Source: an uncultured Enterorhabdus sp.
Lineage (GTDB): Bacteria; Actinomycetota; Coriobacteriia; Coriobacteriales; Eggerthellaceae
Assembly: GCA_947573925.1 (NCBI GenBank)
Contig: CANPHS010000001.1
Span: forward strand, 1 to 60,408
DNA: 60,408 bases
Direction of reading: 5' to 3'
Positions 58,370 through 60,408 of this stretch are shown in pieces. Both the position numbers and the translations under genes were made by a program. Each line of letters starts with the position of its first letter. The stretch's first letter is position 1. The notes under the pieces are model-generated. The model did no database searches, was not told where the DNA came from, and saw only the letters and a program-made list of their open reading frames with translations.

Positions 58370-58682
58370 GACGGCTGCCTCCCTTCGGCCTTCGGCGATC
58401 CTTGACCTTTTATCGAACCGAAAGCATAGCATAGATAGGACGCAGAATGCCCTGACACCCCTTCTGTGCGGGCCTTTTTCTCATTCTCCTCGGCCAAATC
58501 CTCAGTTTTTGAGGATGCCCTCATCCGCGAAATCCTCTCTTTCGGGATATTACCCTGCAGCCCCCCGAGCCCCATTATTGATGCAGCGATACGCAGCGCG
58601 ACCCCCGAGGGCACACTCCGCACTTAGCGGCAAGGAGGGTGCCCTCTGCTGCGCATCGGAAGGAGTGAGAGAAAGGACCCTC

Positions 58683-60386
58683 ATGCAAAGCACGAACAAC
58701 ATGAAGCACGACCTTAATGCAGAGCCCGCAGCAACCGGGGCAGTTACCCGCCGCTCTTTCCTGACGGGCCTTGCCCTCGGTGGCGCGGGCATGGCCGGAG
58801 CCGCTATGCTCGGCGGCTGCGCACCGCAGGCGAAAGCACCCGAAAGCGGCGAGGCGGCCCAGCTCGCCGAGACCGGCGAGCCCTCCTTCATGACGCCGCC
58901 GGAGCCCGTTGCAGAGGCAGATATTGTCAACACCCTGGAGACCGACGTACTCGTCATCGGCGGGGCCACGGCCGGCTCCATCACCGCCTCGGTGGCGGCG
59001 ACGAACGGCCTGAACGTCATCATGATCGAGAAGAACGACGAGGCCCGCTGCATCGGTCGCGACTTCGGCTTCGTAAACCCGAAGCCAGTGCTCGATGCGG
59101 GACTGCCGCGCCTGGATCCCTACGAACTGACCCGCGACCACATCGAGAAGAGCGGCCACCGGGTATGCGGGGACGTGGTCTACCGATTCATGACCAAGTC
59201 GGAAGAGGCCGGCAACTGGTTCACCGACAAGTGCGCCACCTGGGGCCTTCACCCCGAGGTGCAGGCCTACTCCAGCAACAGCGACTTCTACCGCAATTAC
59301 ACCCACGTCATCAACTACTACCCGGAGGAGGGCCGCAGCGAGGATCGCTACGGCGTCATGAAGACCATGCTGTCCTCCATGGCCCAGGAAGTGGTGGACG
59401 CCGGCGGCCAGTACCTGACACGCACCGAAGCCGTGGAACTCGTTCGCAGCGACGACGGCGCCATCACCGGGGCCATCTGCTCCACCGACGAGGGCTACGT
59501 GCGCATCAACGCCAGCAAGGGCGTGGTGCTGGCCACGGGCGACTACGCTGCCAACGAGGAGATGATGGCCTACTACTCCGGCTGGCCGCTGGAGGATATC
59601 GACTGGCCCGAGAGCACGGGCATGGGCGAGGGCCACAAGCTGGGCCTGTGGATCGGCGCAAAGATGCAGGAGGCCCCCCATCCCATGATGCTGTTCAAAG
59701 CCTACTGCTACCACTACCTGCGTGTGAACAAGCACGGACGCCGTTACGTGAACGAGGACAGCGGATACGTGGGCACCGCCGTGAGCCAGCTACGCCAGCC
59801 CGACCATATCAGCTTCGCTATCTGGGACAGCAAGTGGCCCACCGAGCTGCCCGCCAGCCTGGAATACGGCGGCGGCATGGCCTGGGATCAGGATTTCCGC
59901 GCCTACGGCGAAGAATGGACGGCCGAGCGCGAGGAAGAATCGGCCTTCGGCTGGGAGCGCGATGAGGACGAGATCCTCTACGAGGCCGACACCCTGGAGG
60001 AGCTGGCCGACCTCATGGGATTCGAAGGCGATGCCCGCGAGACGCTGTTCGCCACCATCGACCGCTACAACGAACTGGTGGCTACGGGCAACGACGAGGA
60101 CTTCGGCAAGCGTCCCGAGCTTCTGACGAGCATCACCGAGCCGCCCTTCTACGCCCTGGACATGAAGACCGAGCTGGGCGTGTCGGTGGGTGGATTCATC
60201 ACCGACGTGGACAGCAACGTGCTCGACGAGGACGGCTCCCCCATTCCCGGCCTGTACGCCGTGGGTACCGTGACGGGCACCCTGTTCGGCGTGGACTACA
60301 ACGAGACCACGGTCCCGGGCATCAGCCTGGCCCGCAACGTGGTGTTCGGCAAGGGCCTGGGCGAGCACCTGGCCTCCCTCGCATAA
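58683..60386 (+). CDS. Tat-exported flavocytochrome c / FAD_binding_2 family reductase, lipoprotein
   Basis: TRRSFL, LGGC, VIGGATAG, LATGDY, SVGGFITD, PGLYAVG. Confidence 0.9.
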   Translation: MQSTNNMKHDLNAEPAATGAVTRRSFLTGLALGGAGMAGAAMLGGCAPQAKAPESGEAAQLAETGEPSFMTPPEPVAEADIVNTLETDVLVIGGATAGSITASVAATNGLNVIMIEKNDEARCIGRDFGFVNPKPVLDAGLPRLDPYELTRDHIEKSGHRVCGDVVYRFMTKSEEAGNWFTDKCATWGLHPEVQAYSSNSDFYRNYTHVINYYPEEGRSEDRYGVMKTMLSSMAQEVVDAGGQYLTRTEAVELVRSDDGAITGAICSTDEGYVRINASKGVVLATGDYAANEEMMAYYSGWPLEDIDWPESTGMGEGHKLGLWIGAKMQEAPHPMMLFKAYCYHYLRVNKHGRRYVNEDSGYVGTAVSQLRQPDHISFAIWDSKWPTELPASLEYGGGMAWDQDFRAYGEEWTAEREEESAFGWERDEDEILYEADTLEELADLMGFEGDARETLFATIDRYNELVATGNDEDFGKRPELLTSITEPPFYALDMKTELGVSVGGFITDVDSNVLDEDGSPIPGLYAVGTVTGTLFGVDYNETTVPGISLARNVVFGKGLGEHLASLA

Positions 60387-60408
60387 CGTTTCCTCTACCC
60401 TCCCCACA

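Overview
High-GC chromosomal segment whose gene content points to an Eggerthellaceae/Coriobacteriia gut actinobacterium (Adlercreutzia-like; inference). That content includes five Tat-exported flavocytochrome-c-type flavin reductases, four multi-TM LuxR regulators, a RodA-PBP fusion and the fhaA-fhaB-pstP-pknB cluster. Core genes are pspA, usp, an AarF/UbiB kinase, mscS, the pknB cell-division cluster (fhaB frameshifted), nrdG and nrdD with NrdR boxes, a tandem YhgE/Pip pair and a probable 6S RNA. A ~19 kb variable region separates convergent nrdG and nrdD. It holds a phosphate regulon (PhoBR-like pair, Na/Pi transporter, pstSCAB, internally deleted alkaline phosphatase, phased PHO-like boxes), a reductase-LuxR-AAA/DUF4143 block, Fic, TetR and an ABC exporter, with a chimeric nrdD/Na-Pi duplication junction inside it. 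Two signals stand out most. The first is an unannotated ~317-nt promoter-to-terminator non-coding unit (44516-44832) built from about ten short hairpins with C/U-rich loops. The second is that both AAA/DUF4143 ATPase-nuclease genes are preceded by their own ~33-bp-phased repeat array and sit beside reductase/LuxR cassettes, one of which is bracketed by two copies of that array. All calls come from reading the sequence; no searches were run.
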